A stretch of DNA of 64,000 nt. It comes from Octopus vulgaris (Eukaryota). Each line of letters opens with the position of its first letter. Positions within the stretch are counted from its first letter, which is position 1. Both the position numbers and the translations under genes were made by a program. The notes under the pieces were generated by a model, which was given only the letters and a program-made list of their open reading frames with translations, made no database searches and was not told where the DNA came from. Location: contig OX597814.1 in assembly GCA_951406725.2 (NCBI GenBank), positions 214,768,001-214,832,000 of the forward strand, in the 5' to 3' direction. Of the stretch, positions 26,018 to 38,953 are shown piece after piece.

Positions 26018-27584
26018 ATAATTAATCAGTTAGTCTGGGAAGCTGGAGATAAGAGCTATATCAAGAAGACGGAAAATATATGGACTGGCTAGACACATCA
26101 AATTAAAATAAAAAATATTGGAGTTTGGAGGCCAGCTTTTGCTCTTTTGAAAATATATGGATTCTAGAATTCTTATATACACGAGGCATTTATGTGGGGT
26201 TCAATTAATTATCGATGAGTTTGATTTGTTTCCAATTTGATTTTGCTGCAGTTGACTTTGAGACTAAATACATTTTCTTACAAATGTTCACTACCATACA
26301 AAAACTATACCAGCTATGCAAATGGCCTTCTTTAAATGCATTATTGCCATTCTCTTTCAGCTTACAAGACAAATTTGGCTGGAGCAAAATGAATAAGCCA
26401 AGATAAGGTAAATCTGTCACTTAAGTTCTCCAGAAAACAGGCTCATTACACATTAATATCCATTGCTTGATATCAGATGGATCAGAAATGCAAAAAACAT
26501 TTATATCTAGGTCAAATCAGGGGAAAATGGCACATGATATGAAATTAGTGAAACTTGACTAATTAAAAAAAAGAAATCAGCATAAAATATTCTCTAGGGC
26601 TTCTTCTTGATCTGCTGGAGCATCCCCTTCATGATCTATTTACACACCATGCAGTTAAGGAGAAATTGTTGAAATTAGATGTTACTCGTTTTACCCCGTT
26701 TTAGACATGTTTTGAAACTTTGAATCTAACAAAGAAAAGAATATTGATTGTTAAACACCAGGAATTATCCAGATATTTTATTAGCAACCTCAATTACAAT
26801 TGGGTTAAAATTGAGGAAAAATTTCTTGAAGAAAAAGTACCTGTCACTTCAGCAGCAACAACCAAGCTGACAAGATATGCTGTGGCTGTGAAGACCTGAC
26901 GAATGAAGTGAGTTCTTGGCTTGCAGGACGACCTGCTGTGCTAACCTTGGATCATAGAGTGACCTGCTGTTCTTGAGGAGACCTATTGAGTCAAGTACAT
27001 GAACACCAACATCAAAATATAAATCAAATGGAAATTGTAGCTAAGATACCGATGACAAGTTAAAAAGCACCGTCCGAACGTGGAAGATGCCAGTGCCACC
27101 TGACTTGCGTCCGTGTCGGTGACACATAAAAGCACCAACCGATCGTGGCCGTTTGCCGGCCCCCTCTGGCCCCTGTGCCAGTGGCACGTAAAAAAGCACT
27201 CACTACACTCACGGAGTGGTTGGCGTTAGGAAGGGCATCCAGCTGTAGAAACACTGCCAGATCAGACTGGAGCGTGGTGCAGCCTCCATGGCTTCCCAGA
27301 CCCCCCGGTCGAACCGTCCAACTCATGCTAGCTTGGAAAACGGATGTTAAATGATGATGATGATTATAATTATCAAATTAAATGCTTCATTTTATAAAAT
27401 AAATATGATTTTAAGAATAAAAATTTAATCAATTAAACAAGCACAATGTAAAGAAATAACGATATCTTGAGTAAAATATAACGTTAGCCTATGTTCTTCA
27501 GGATAATTAATTTGTTAGTAAGCATGTTTGGTAGCTTTTTTTTCTTCTCAGGAGGTCAATTTCAAATATTAATCCTTAAGCAAA

Positions 27585-28146
27585 ATCGTTAGCACGCCGG
27601 ACGAAATGTTTAGCGGTATTTCGTCTATCGTTACGTTCTGAGTTCAAATTCCGACGAGGTCGACTTTGCCTTTCATCCTCTCGGGGTCGATAAATTAAGT
27701 ACCAGTTACGCAGTGGGGTCGATATAATCGACTTAATCCGTTTGTCTGTCCCTGTTCGTTCCCTCTGTGTTTAGCCCCTTGTGAGTAGTAAAGAAATAGG
27801 TATTTCGTCTGCCGCTACGTTCTGAGTTCAAATTCCGCCAAAGTTGACTTTGCCTTTCATCCTCTCGGGGTCGATAAATTAAAGTACCAGTGACGCACTG
27901 GGGTCGATATAATCGACTTAATACCTATGTCTGTTCTTGTTTGTCCCCTCTATGTTTAGCCCCTTGTGGGTAATAAAGAAATAGGTATTTCGTCTGTTTT
28001 CATGTTCTGAGTTCACATACCGCCGAGGTCGACTTTGCCTTTCATCCTTGCGAGGTCGATAAAATAAGTACCAGTTGAGCACTGGATATGATGTAATCGA
28101 TTTATCCCTTCCCTAATCTTGCTGGCCTTGTACCAAAAATTGAAAC
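27585..28146 (+). mobile_element. Tandem MetaSINE trimer
   Basis: Three head-to-tail units of about 183 bp joined at aaagaaataggtatttcgtc. Confidence 0.85.
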
Positions 28147-28169
28147 AATTACTATTATTATTATTTTCA

Positions 28170-28430
28170 TTATTCACGGTGTATACGAATGTTTGACATT
28201 CGGAATCAATGTCCTTGATACAGGGTCACGACCATTTTCCTTAGATATTGAGGATCTTTCTTACAATCCCTGTGGTTCCTAACAGAGCAAATTTCTCAGT
28301 TAATGCAACTCTAGTAGTAGCAATCTCTATAAGGGAACCGTCATGTTCGTTGGCAACCGTACCTAAGGTACCCGTAACAACTGGAATTACTTTTCTTGGA
28401 ACCCTTCACAGACACACCCACCTCTTTGAC
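28170..28430 (-). mobile_element. R4/Dong-like retrotransposon 3' fragment (RLE C-terminus)
   Basis: Minus strand KVIPVVTGTLGTVAN...TEKFALLGTTGIVRKILNI*. Confidence 0.6.
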
Positions 28431-28499
28431 CTGATGCTAATAATTTGCTAATCCAAAATTAAAGGGAGCTAACTGTTAGAAAACATTTTGTTAGTTATC

Positions 28500-28999
28500 T
28501 ATCTTTAAACACGAGAGAGCGCTCATAATAACAAACTCTCGACGGAAAGCGGCACATGTCAATTTTTTTTTCTCTCTCTGTCGGCATGCAGATGTATAAA
28601 CTTTCACTGCATGTAAGTACATTTCTTCTGTAAATCCGCTCTTCTTCGTAATTATATAACGATATTCGAAAGTAGATACCTTTTTAAGAAAGCAAAACAT
28701 ATGTGGAAGGCAAAAATGATCATTTAGATGTCACCTTGCAGTCGACTTTGTTTACGTTGTCAGTAATTGTTATATAATTTCGCGCACCTGCCAATCGGCC
28801 GCATTTAAACCATTTTTTGTATTTAACGAATTATAATATTCAGCTTTAATTTTTGAATAATCTTCCGATTTATACGAAAATAAAGAAGCAAGGAAACGAA
28901 CGGGGGATATATGTCTTGACCTTATCCAGTTCTCCTTCTGACTTAATTTATAAATTAATTTGTTTTAGCGCTTCGGGTTGGTTCGTTAAATCTCTCATT
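28500..28999 (+). promoter_or_regulatory. Putative COQ8 promoter/5' UTR with a possible UTR intron 28613-28968
   Basis: Local CpG enrichment, CGGAA and CCAAT motifs; donor AT|GTAAGT at 28613, branch-like CTGAC at 28938, acceptor ttgttttag at 28968. Confidence 0.45.
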
Positions 29000-30952
29000 A
29001 TGTCTCGCCGTACTAACGAACTTATCGGTTTATTCAAAGGAATCGAAAGTATTAGTAAAGCCTTAATTGAAATAAATTCAGCAGAATTAAATACGTTCTG
29101 GCAAAATTCTAGTCTGAAATCTGCTTCCGAAAATGTTGCAAGTTGTGCTTCTCAAAGAGTTCAGAACTCTGATTTCAGTGGGTCTGATGCTCGCCAAAGA
29201 ATATCTGATAGCTTTCAAATATTGTCACAACAGACATTTGGCATTTTTAATGCACTCTTTAACCAGAACGCCTTGAAAAAAGATATTGAAGTTGAAGAAT
29301 CCGGGGAAGATGTTCTCTCAGATTTCCCAAATATTTATGATAGTGAAGCAGGAATCGATGACATAGTTATCCAGTCGGAGTTGTTTGCTCCGAAATCTAC
29401 TGAAGAGAAGGAACGAATCCCCTCAGACGTAAAGGAAGAGAGAAACGCCAAAGAAGTACCAGCGGTAGAGATGGAAGTTCCTAAGAATTTATCTGATGAG
29501 CAACCTTCACCTGAATATGAGACTGTAACGGCTAAACAGGACCCTGAATTACTTTCACCAAAGTATAATCTGGAAACTAAACAAGAGCTGTCTAGTATAT
29601 CAAAGGAAAGACGTGTACCTTCGTCCAGGATTGCAAGGTTAGTTAGTTACAGTGGTCTAGCTGCTGGCCTGGGTATTGGGGCCTTGGCAGAAGTCACGCG
29701 ACGAACACTAGGAAAGAAAACTCCGGATCAAGTTAGTAAAACAATACTAGGGCCTAGTCCTTTCATGACAGAAGCCAACATTGAACGAGTAGTAACCACT
29801 TTGTGTCGTGTGAGAGGAGCAGCTCTGAAGCTCGGGCAAATGATGAGCATACAAGACAATACTTTAATTAGTCCTGAACTCCAAAAAATATTTGAACGAG
29901 TTCGTATGAGTGCAGATTTCATGCCAAAATGGCAGATGATGAAGATATTAAATTCTGAACTTGGTTCAGATTGGCAAAACAAAGTGTTGTCTTTTGATGA
30001 GAAACCTTTTGCAGCAGCGTCAATTGGCCAAGTTCATCAAGTTACACTTCTTGATGGAAAGATGGCAGCAATGAAAATTCAGTATCCTGGCGTTGCAGAG
30101 AGTATTGACAGTGATATAAATAACTTGATGGGAGTATTAAAAATATGGAACTTCATTCCCAAAGGTGCTTATCTTGATAACATGATAGTTGTTGCTAAAA
30201 AGGAGTTAACATGGGAAGTGGATTATGCCAGAGAAGCTGAATGTGGACAAAGGTTTTATGAACTTCTGAAAGACGATCCTGTTTTTGTAATTCCAGAAGT
30301 ATACAAAGAATTAAGTACATCACGAGTTTTAACCACAGGTTATATTGAAGGTGTTGCAATTGATAAATGCATTGAGATTGATCAAGAAACAAGGAACTGG
30401 ATTGGTAAACATTTACTCAGACTAACTCTTAACGAATTATTTAATTTTAGATTTATGCAAACTGATCCTAATTGGGCAAACTTCTTTTTTATTCCTGAAA
30501 CAAAACGAATTGGTTTGTTGGATTTTGGTGCTAGTCGCGAATTTAGTAAATCTTTTGTTGATAGATACATGAAAGTTATAAAATCTGCTGCTGACCAGAA
30601 TCGTGATGGTATTCTCAGTGGTTCTCTTGAACTTGGATTTTTAACCGGATACGAAACCAAAGTAATGGAAGAAGCTCATATTGATGCTGTAATGATTTTG
30701 GGGGAAGCTTTCTCGTTTGATGGAGAATTTAATTTTGGTACCCAGAAAACTGCAAAACGCATTCAAAACCTTGTTCCTGTCATGATAGAACACAGATTAA
30801 CGCCACCTCCAGAGGAATCTTATTCTCTTCACAGAAAAATGTCCGGTGCTTTTCTTTTGTGCACAAAATTAAAAAGTAAAGTGAACTGCAAGGAACTTTT
30901 TGAGGATGTATGGAACAATTTCCAACTTGAAAACACAAACGTGAACCAATGA
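29000..30952 (+). CDS. COQ8: Atypical kinase COQ8 (ADCK3/ADCK4, UbiB/ABC1 family), mitochondrial, single-exon CDS of 650 aa
   Basis: Intact ORF with ERRVPSSR, the GLAAGLGIGALAEV transmembrane motif, KLGQ (KxGQ), PFAAASIGQVH A-rich loop, KIQYPGVAESIDSD, QTDPNWANF, LDFGA and PPPEESYSLHRKMSG; first in-frame ATG is at 29000. Confidence 0.95.
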   Translation: MSRRTNELIGLFKGIESISKALIEINSAELNTFWQNSSLKSASENVASCASQRVQNSDFSGSDARQRISDSFQILSQQTFGIFNALFNQNALKKDIEVEESGEDVLSDFPNIYDSEAGIDDIVIQSELFAPKSTEEKERIPSDVKEERNAKEVPAVEMEVPKNLSDEQPSPEYETVTAKQDPELLSPKYNLETKQELSSISKERRVPSSRIARLVSYSGLAAGLGIGALAEVTRRTLGKKTPDQVSKTILGPSPFMTEANIERVVTTLCRVRGAALKLGQMMSIQDNTLISPELQKIFERVRMSADFMPKWQMMKILNSELGSDWQNKVLSFDEKPFAAASIGQVHQVTLLDGKMAAMKIQYPGVAESIDSDINNLMGVLKIWNFIPKGAYLDNMIVVAKKELTWEVDYAREAECGQRFYELLKDDPVFVIPEVYKELSTSRVLTTGYIEGVAIDKCIEIDQETRNWIGKHLLRLTLNELFNFRFMQTDPNWANFFFIPETKRIGLLDFGASREFSKSFVDRYMKVIKSAADQNRDGILSGSLELGFLTGYETKVMEEAHIDAVMILGEAFSFDGEFNFGTQKTAKRIQNLVPVMIEHRLTPPPEESYSLHRKMSGAFLLCTKLKSKVNCKELFEDVWNNFQLENTNVNQ

Positions 30953-32222
30953 TATTTTAAACAAAGAAGTAATTTATCATTTATATAGAGATGTTATTGT
31001 TTTTCTTTTCTCATTTTTGTAGATAAATTGTTTGAAAGGTCTGTAAAGTGAGTGTTATTGAATTTAAATTCATATACAGAAAAAAAAAAAGATTAACATG
31101 TCCCCATGCATCTTGCTGGAGTTGACCTTACCTTTCATTCTTCAGGGAAAAAATAAAAATCAATACCAGTTATATATTGTGGTTGACTCATTCTGCTATA
31201 TTTCATTGTACAAATGTATGTTCTTGTGTCAGCATTTTATTAAACATAAGTTCTTGAAATCAACTGTACATTCTTCCACATGTTCTCTGTATTGCATACG
31301 AGGATAAGAATTATATTTCTACATATTTTTAATTTTTTGTTTCTTTTCCCAAACACTGATTGCCATTTGACAATTGGTTAACTGTGCAACTTTCCATTAA
31401 GTTGATTATACCAAGAGCTGCAACTGTTGGAATTCCCTCACCTCTGCTCACATTTGCGTGCTAACATTGATACGCAAGTGATCCAAGTGAACTTCAACTG
31501 CAAAGATCTCATCAGTCTTGGAGGGCTGCAAAGGACAAGGACACTACATCCCCTCTTCTAAAACCAAAAGCAACCAAAGAAAAAAATACGTATGAAAATT
31601 AAGTTTTCTTCAAAACTCAAGTCTTTATTTTAAGAAATTATAAGAATTCGAAAATAGATTCTCTAATTGCCTTCTGTAGTACAATTATATTATACTTTGT
31701 TCGTGGAGTTACAGATGATGGAAGACCTTTTAATACGGGTAGATTAATTTGTAAATGTATGCGGCTTCAGCAGGAATACCACAAGTTAATAACAGAAGGG
31801 ACATAACTATGCTGTGTTAATAAAACTTCGTGGTTGACAATCATTCAAGATATTGTTTTTCTTTTTGTTATATTGTGCAATGTGTCCTACTATATGTAAT
31901 GTTTTTAGAAATATTTTATTCTTGGTTTGCTCTCTTACCATTTTAATTGGATGTGATTCAGTGAATCATAATGTTTAATTGTTTTGAGATTTTCTCTTTT
32001 ATGTGTAATTAGCCAGTGATTTACCAAGGGAGATAATATTCCATTTTTCAGCTACTTATCTACCAATTTCACTTCAATATTTAACTATTTAGAACCAAAT
32101 GATTGTTTTGAGGAGAATACTGTCTATATCATGAGACTCAAAGAAGTACCATTACGTTGCTGTAAGGTGTTTTAATAAACCCCATTAAGCAAAGACATTC
32201 TAGCCATGGCCATTCTGTTTCA

Positions 32223-32616
32223 TCTCTCTCTATATAAAGCTGAAGTTGTCTGTGTATGGCAGGTTTGGTAGCCTTCAACAAACACTATCTCCTCTGAGAC
32301 TCTGCGGCGCAAGTTGACCAAAATTGAGAGTATGATAGAAGAAGGCTTACTCTTTCTTTCGTAGAAGAAAAAATTCAAATCGGATCATGTTAACACCAAA
32401 AGTTATTTACATCAAAAAGGTGGGGGGTTTTTCTATGAAAATCCCTATTTTTTACGATTTTTTGACTGCTGTGTCGCCATTTTTCGGTGTATTTCAACCA
32501 GAAAAATGTTCACTTAAAGAGAATAATAAGCTACATAATGCAAAATTTTTACTTTTCAAAAATTCCAATTCTAAAGGGTCAAAACGAAGCCGAGCAACGC
32601 CGGGCAATACTGCTAG
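32223..32616 (+). mobile_element. Non-autonomous Helitron
   Basis: A|TC start; 3' ccgagcaacgccgggcaatactgCTAG|T. Confidence 0.8.
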
Positions 32617-34179
32617 TTTAGATATAAGTATGAGTAGGATATCTGTTATGTCCTTTCTTTTGGTTGTGTTGATTGTGGGGTATTTGACTGCTATTTCATG
32701 TTATACTTGTACACATATTCTTTTATGAAATTGCATTTAAGTATATTCATAACTTTTATAGATAATCCATCAATCATATTTACTTTAATAGATTATAAGC
32801 TGAGATGTTTTGTTATCAATTATTTTTTTCCCAGATTGTTTACAACTTCATTGCATATTTTATATACCTTATAAAGAGAGGTAAAGACCCTTTTTAGTTA
32901 TGAATAACCTTGGGATTGCACCTAGGAAGTTTCCTTCTGAGGCAAAAGTCTAGGCAAGGTTGTTTATGGAAGACCAGCAGTTGCCCATGCATAGCAGCCT
33001 CCCCTCTCTATGCCATCAATTTTATCCAAGGGAAAAGTAAAGGCCAATACAGCTTGGCACCAGTGATGTTGCAACTCATTTCTATTGCTGAGTGAAGCAG
33101 AGCAACATGGAATAAAGTGTCTTGTGCTCAAGAACAGAACACACAGCCCGGTCTGGGAATCAAACTCACTATTTCATGATAATGAGCCCGACATTCTAAC
33201 CACTGAGCACTTATATATATATATACATATATACGACAGGCTTCTTTCAGTTTCCGTCTACCAAATCCACTCACAAGGCATTGGTCGGCCCGGGGCTATA
33301 GCAGAAGACACTTGCCCAAGATGCCACGCAGTGGGACTGAACCCGGAACCACGTGGTTGGTTAGCAAGCTACTTACCACACAGCCACTCCTGTCATATAT
33401 ATATATATATATATATATACCATATATAACACAACTTCATATAAAAAATGAATTTTGTTCTGTTGTATTTTAGTAAATCAGTAATTTTAGCATCATCTGT
33501 TAATAGAACAATTTTTATAATATTATCATTGTAATATATTTTTTTTAACATAACGGTGCAAATGGAGCAGGTGTTTTGAAATTTATTCCATTAAAAGAGA
33601 TCTCCACAGGGAATTAGATTGCAAAGAGCTTATTTTTTCATTTACAGAGTGTTCTTTCTCTCTCAGAATTTTTATGCAAGTTGTTGCAGAAAATAATATG
33701 TGTACTGGTTATGTCTGTCAGCAAGCCATCTTATATAGTTTGAAATGGAATTAAAATATTAGAATGTACTTTATTCACTTGGAAGTTCATATTTTGCTTT
33801 TATTTTCAAGGGTTAGAATAATAATTATTTATAATTAACATACTCAGTGTTGTCTTTGCTAGGTTGACTTTTAAGCATTTCATTTCTAGGACCTGCTTCT
33901 GTTTGAACATTTCCTCGGATTCTTTGACCATTTTCTTCTGATTCTCTTCTATTCATTCTGCTGGCCATGTTGTCTTGAATGAACAGAGGAATGTAGAGTA
34001 GAGAGAACTCTTGAGTTTTGCCAGGGATAAGGCAACCTCACATATTAAGTTTTAGAGTCATGATAAATTTTACCCAGGACACTCTATAAGGTGATTGGTG
34101 AACAAAAGGGAAATGACATAAGGTAGGGATCACTCCATAATCTTGCCAGGGACAAAACTATCTTAGTTTTGCTAGTGTC

Positions 34180-36408
34180 ATACGAATTGACAGTACCTTG
34201 GTAGATAAAGCAATTACGAGTATGAAGACAGGGAAAGCCCCCGGCCCATCAGGAATCACTGCAGAGATGCTCAAAATATCTGGTTATGTTGGCTATAGCA
34301 TTGTCACCCATATAGTTAACCAGGTGATACATGAAGGAGTTATATCCAATGACTGGTGTAGCAGCACCATAGTCAATTGCTACAAAGGTAAAGGTGACGC
34401 TTTAGATACAAATAATTACAGAGGTATCAAGTTGTTGGATCAGGTAATGAAGGTCATGGAGAGGGTCATAGCCCAACTAATTAGAGAGAGAGAGTCAGTT
34501 TAGATGAGATGCAGTGTGGGTTCGTGGCAGGGAAAAGCACCATTGATGCTATATTTCTGGTAAAACAGCTGCAGGAGAAATACCTAGCCGAAGATAAACC
34601 TCTGTACCTGGATTTTGTTGACATGGAGAAAGCCTTTGACAGGGTCCCTCGATCCCTTATCTGGTGGTCAATGAGGAAACTAGGGATAGATGAATGGTTA
34701 GTGAGAGCTGTGCAAACCATGTACAGGGACGCTGTCAGTAAGGCGAGGGTTGGCAATGTGTACAGTGAAGAATTCCAAGTGGAGGTAGGGGTCCATTAAG
34801 TTTCAGTCCTTAGCCCTTTCCTATTTATCATAGTCCTCCAGGAAATAACAGGAATTCAAGACAGGATGCCCCTGGGAGCTTCTCTATGCTGACGACCTTG
34901 CTCTAATTGCAGAGTCACTATCAGAACTAGAGGAGAAATTTCAGGTGTGGAAGCAAGGATTAGAATCGAAGAGCCTAAGAGTCAACCTAGCTAAAACCAA
35001 AGTCCTAATAAGTAGGAAGGCAGATAAACCACAAATCCCTTCAAAATGCTCGATCTGTAGAAAAGACGTAGGTAGAAACTCTATAAGATGTACCCAGTGT
35101 AAGCTATGGACACATAAGAAGTTGCAGCAATATCAAAGGAAGGCTAACTAGGAAGATAGTTTTTGTATGTGGCAGATTCTCAGGAGCAATAAACACTGAA
35201 AATGTGCAGAGAACAACTTCTGCCACATTCCAGGGAGAAAAACTAGAAGTAGTTGAGAGCTTCCATTACCTAGGTGACCAAGTCAGAGGAGCAGAGGGTG
35301 TGCTGAAAGTGTAGCTGCTAGAATAGGAATAGCCTGGGCAAATTTCAGAGAGTTCTTACCTCTGCTGGTGACAAAGGGCCTCTTGTTCAGAGTAAAAGGT
35401 AAACTGTATAACGCATGTGTACAAACAGCCATGCTACATGGCAGTGAAACATAGGCCGTGACTGCTGAGGACATACGTAAGCTTGCAAGGAATTAAGCCA
35501 GTATGCTCCACTGGATGTGTAATGTCAGTGTGCATACTCGACAGAGTGTAAGTACCTTGAGAGAAAAGTTGGACCTAAGAAGCATCAGATGTGGTGTGCA
35601 AGAGAGATGACTGCGCTGGTATGGTCATGTGGTGAGAATGGATGTGGATAGTTGTGTGAAAAAGTGCCACACCCTAGCGGATGAGGGAACCTGTGGAAGA
35701 GGTAGACCCAAGAAGACCTAGGATGAGGTGGGGAAGCACAACCTTTGAACATTATACCTCACCGAGGCAATGACTAGTGACTGAGACTTTTGGAAATATG
35801 GTGTGCTTGAGAAGACCCGACAAGCCAAGTGAGACCATAACCTGTGGCCTATGCCAGGGGTGTAACCAGCCCACTTATGCATACCTTTCCTAAACTCTGC
35901 TTGCGAAGACCTGTTGAGGCAAGTGAAATCGAAATCAAATTTGATGACTGGCATCTGTGATAGTGGAGCGCTAAGAGCACCATCCGAGTGTGATTGTTGC
36001 CTGAGCAGCTGACTGGCTTCCATGCCAGTGGCACGTAAAAAGCACCATTTGAACGTGATTGTTACCAGTGTTACCTTACTGTCACTTGTGTCGGTGGCAC
36101 GTGAAAAAACATTCGAGCGAGGTTGTTGCCTGTGCCACTGGACTGGCTCTTGTGCAGGTTGCACCTAAAAAACACCATTTGGGTGTGGCTTTGCCAGTAC
36201 CACCTGACTGGCCCTCGTGCTGGTGGCACGTAAAAGCAGCCACTACACTGTCAGAGTGGTTGGCGTTAGGAAGAGCATCCAGCTGTAGAAACTCTGCCAG
36301 ATCAGACTGGAGTCTGGTGCAGCCAGCTGGTTCACCAGTCCTCAGTTAAATTGTCCAACCCATGCCAGCATGGAAAGCAGACGTTAAACGAACGATAATG
36401 ATGATGAT
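34180..36408 (+). mobile_element. 5'-truncated, decayed RTE LINE (RT, PHD-like finger, 3' UTR)
   Basis: KAPGPSGITAEML, NYRGIKLL, QCGF...STIDAIF, FVDMEKAFDRV, LYADD, WYGHV, GRGRPKKT; stops and frameshifts; (GAT)n tail. Confidence 0.92.
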
Positions 36409-36619
36409 CAACACACTGTGTAAAGTAGTTGACATTAGAAAGACATCCAGACATAGAAACTATGCTGAAAATGGAATGTGCAAGTGAGATGTTCCTGAGG
36501 AACCTAGGAAGGCAGTAATTTTAAATGAGAACAAATTCAGACCATGACAAACCACTCAAACCATGCTAGCATGAAAAGTGGATATAAAACAAAGATAATG
36601 ATGATGATGATGGTCCTTG

Positions 36620-37599
36620 GAAAACAAGAATTCTTACAAGCAACTGGTCTTGAATTCTTTTGTTAAACCCATTGAACTATATTAAAAAAGAAGAGTTGAG
36701 AACCAAAGATTGATGAACACCTACCTTTTTATTAAGTTCCTTACTAAACTCCTTAGTAATTTTCACTTTGCTGTGTACAAGCCATTTACCTACACCAATT
36801 TCTTTTTTTCTTTTTTTGTTATTTGCATGATAACCAAACTTCAGAATATGGTATCTTGTCAAAGGTCTTCACCAGGTCATTGAATGTTGTTATAGTGGTT
36901 TGCTCTTGGTTAAAAGCTTTTGTTGTTATCCCACCAAAAAGTGGGCATCAGAATTTCTCTGTCCTGACATAAACCCAAATATGATATCTCTTGAAAACTG
37001 CACTATAACTCTCTTAACACTTTCATGACTTAATCCTATTTTTTTTTACTACCCACAAGGGGCTTAACACAGAGTGGACAAACAAGGACAGACAGACGGA
37101 TTAAGTCGATTATATCGACCCCAGTGCATAACTGGTACTTAATTTATCGACCCCGAAAGGATGAAAGGCAAAGTCGACCGCGGCGGAATTTGAACTCAGA
37201 ACGTAACGACAGACGAAATACGGCTACGCATTTCGCCCGGCATGCTAACGGTTCTGCCAGCTCGCCACCTTTTCGTGACTTAATCCATCAATCTGATGCC
37301 TCTGTAATTACTCCTTTCTAAAACATCTTATCTCAGAAGCAGTTAATGCTGCTGCTGTATTAGTTATCGGGAACAACTTCTTTCTACTACCTGAATGATG
37401 TATGTCCTACATCAATTGTTATTGTTAACATATAGGCGCAGGAGTGGCTGTGTGGCAAGTAGCTTGCTAACCAACCACATGGTTCCGGGTTCAGTCCCAC
37501 TGCGTGGCATCTTGGGCAAGTGTCTTCTGCTATAGCCCCGGGCCGACCAATGCCTTGTGAGTGGATTTGGTAGACGGAAACTGAAAGAAGCCTGTCGTA

Positions 37600-37662
<63 letters not shown>

Positions 37663-38003
37663 TGTGTCCCCCTAGCATTGCTTGACAACCAATGCTGGTG
37701 TGTTTACGTCCCGGGGTCAATTTGCTCGACTAAAGGCGGTGCTCCAGCATGGCCGCAGTCAAATGACTGAAACAAGTAAAAGAGTAAATAGTATATTAGT
37801 AGCTATCTCTTGTTATCCAGCTGCTTTCTCAATTTGTATATCTTCAATCACTTTTTCAATAGCATAGTTGTCAATCTCCATAGCTGGTTCCTCTGAGCTA
37901 ATTTCTATTTTACTCACTCTCTTCCTTTATCAACCACCCATAGTAGCATTTTCATTCCCTTCTCTTCTTATGTTTGAGAGGTGAATGCATCACTTTCTGC
38001 CAT
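36620..38003 (-). mobile_element. Highly decayed RTE RT fragment interrupted by two SINEs
   Basis: ORF 36677-36862 GVGKWLV...KVGVHQSLVLNSSFLI; MetaSINE 37037-37270 (TSD tttcatgacttaatcc) and family A SINE 37433-37787 inserted. Confidence 0.55.
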
Positions 38004-38007
38004 TATA

Positions 38008-38634
38008 CAGGATGTTCAAAAAGTTTCTCATCAGTAAGTATTTTAATGCAAAATAAATATTTATAAGATTGTATAAGACTACAAAAGAATATATTAGACT
38101 TTACAAGACTTTGAAAAACTTTAAAAGAGGTGTTGAAAGTGTCATCCTTCATTTTCAATACATAAAATTTAATTTCTTTTTTACTGCCGTGTGAGCATTT
38201 CCTAGGCTGATTTCCGTTTCCTGTGACAATTTGCATAAGGACTTTGATGAGCTTGCCAACAGTTTATTAGAAATATTGGAGAGTATTTCGTCTGAAAGAA
38301 CAGTAGGCCTATCGCTTCTTGCTGCGTCTTCCACTGAGTTTGTGTTTCTAAATTTTCTTATCAAATACTGCACAGTGTCACGATGTGGAACAACAGTATT
38401 TGGAAAAGTTTCACTGAATTTCTGTTTCACAGTATCTGTGTATTTGTTTCCAGCCTGCAACACCCATTCAACTAAAAACGTATGTTCTTCAATGCTTAGC
38501 ATGTTGACATGCTGAAGGGTACACAATGACTGAGGAACAATGGCTGACACCTGTCCACCCACGTAGTGATAGCCAAGTTGTGCATGTGCAAGATGAAAAA
38601 GATTCACTATGGAGAGACATTTTGAACATCCCCT
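38008..38634 (-). mobile_element. Internally deleted Tc1/mariner (DUF4817-type HTH)
   Basis: TIRs caggatgttcaaaaagtttctcatcagt and (reverse complement) ggggatgttcaaaatgtctctccatagt with TA flanks; MLSIEEHTFLVE...IRKFRNTNSVED...RP joined to C-terminal ENEG*HFQHLF. Confidence 0.8.
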
Positions 38635-38839
38635 ATATGCACTTTTCCCTGGCTGTATCCTGATTCACACAGACATCATCAACATCTAATGTCCATTTTC
38701 CATGCTGGCATGGGTTGGATGACTTGACAGGACCTGGTAAGGGCTACATTATGTTTAGTGTTTAGATACGTATATTTCTATATTTATTTGTTAATCTATT
38801 ATATGTTTAAATACTTAAATTTATTTTATCATAATTTTA

Positions 38840-38953
38840 GACCTGAAGAGTGGCTATATTTTTAAATCGAATTAATTTTAGATCGATTTGATTTTAATAG
38901 TATTGATTTTATTATTATCGATTTAAAGATATAATCATGAAAGGCACATGGTC
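38840..38953 (+). ncRNA. Hammerhead ribozyme relic with long stem II
   Basis: GAC-CUGAAGA-stem of about 21 bp (gtggctatatttttaaatcga/tcgatttaaagatataatcat)-GAAA-GGCACA-UG-GUC; cleavage site degenerate. Confidence 0.55.

Noticed and set aside
28853-28999. N-terminal extension of the COQ8 ORF from a TTG start
   Set aside because: Non-ATG start in a eukaryote; overlaps a probable intron acceptor; ATG 29000 is more plausible.
29492-29500. CTGATGAG hammerhead core match
   Set aside because: Inside the COQ8 CDS with no supporting stems.
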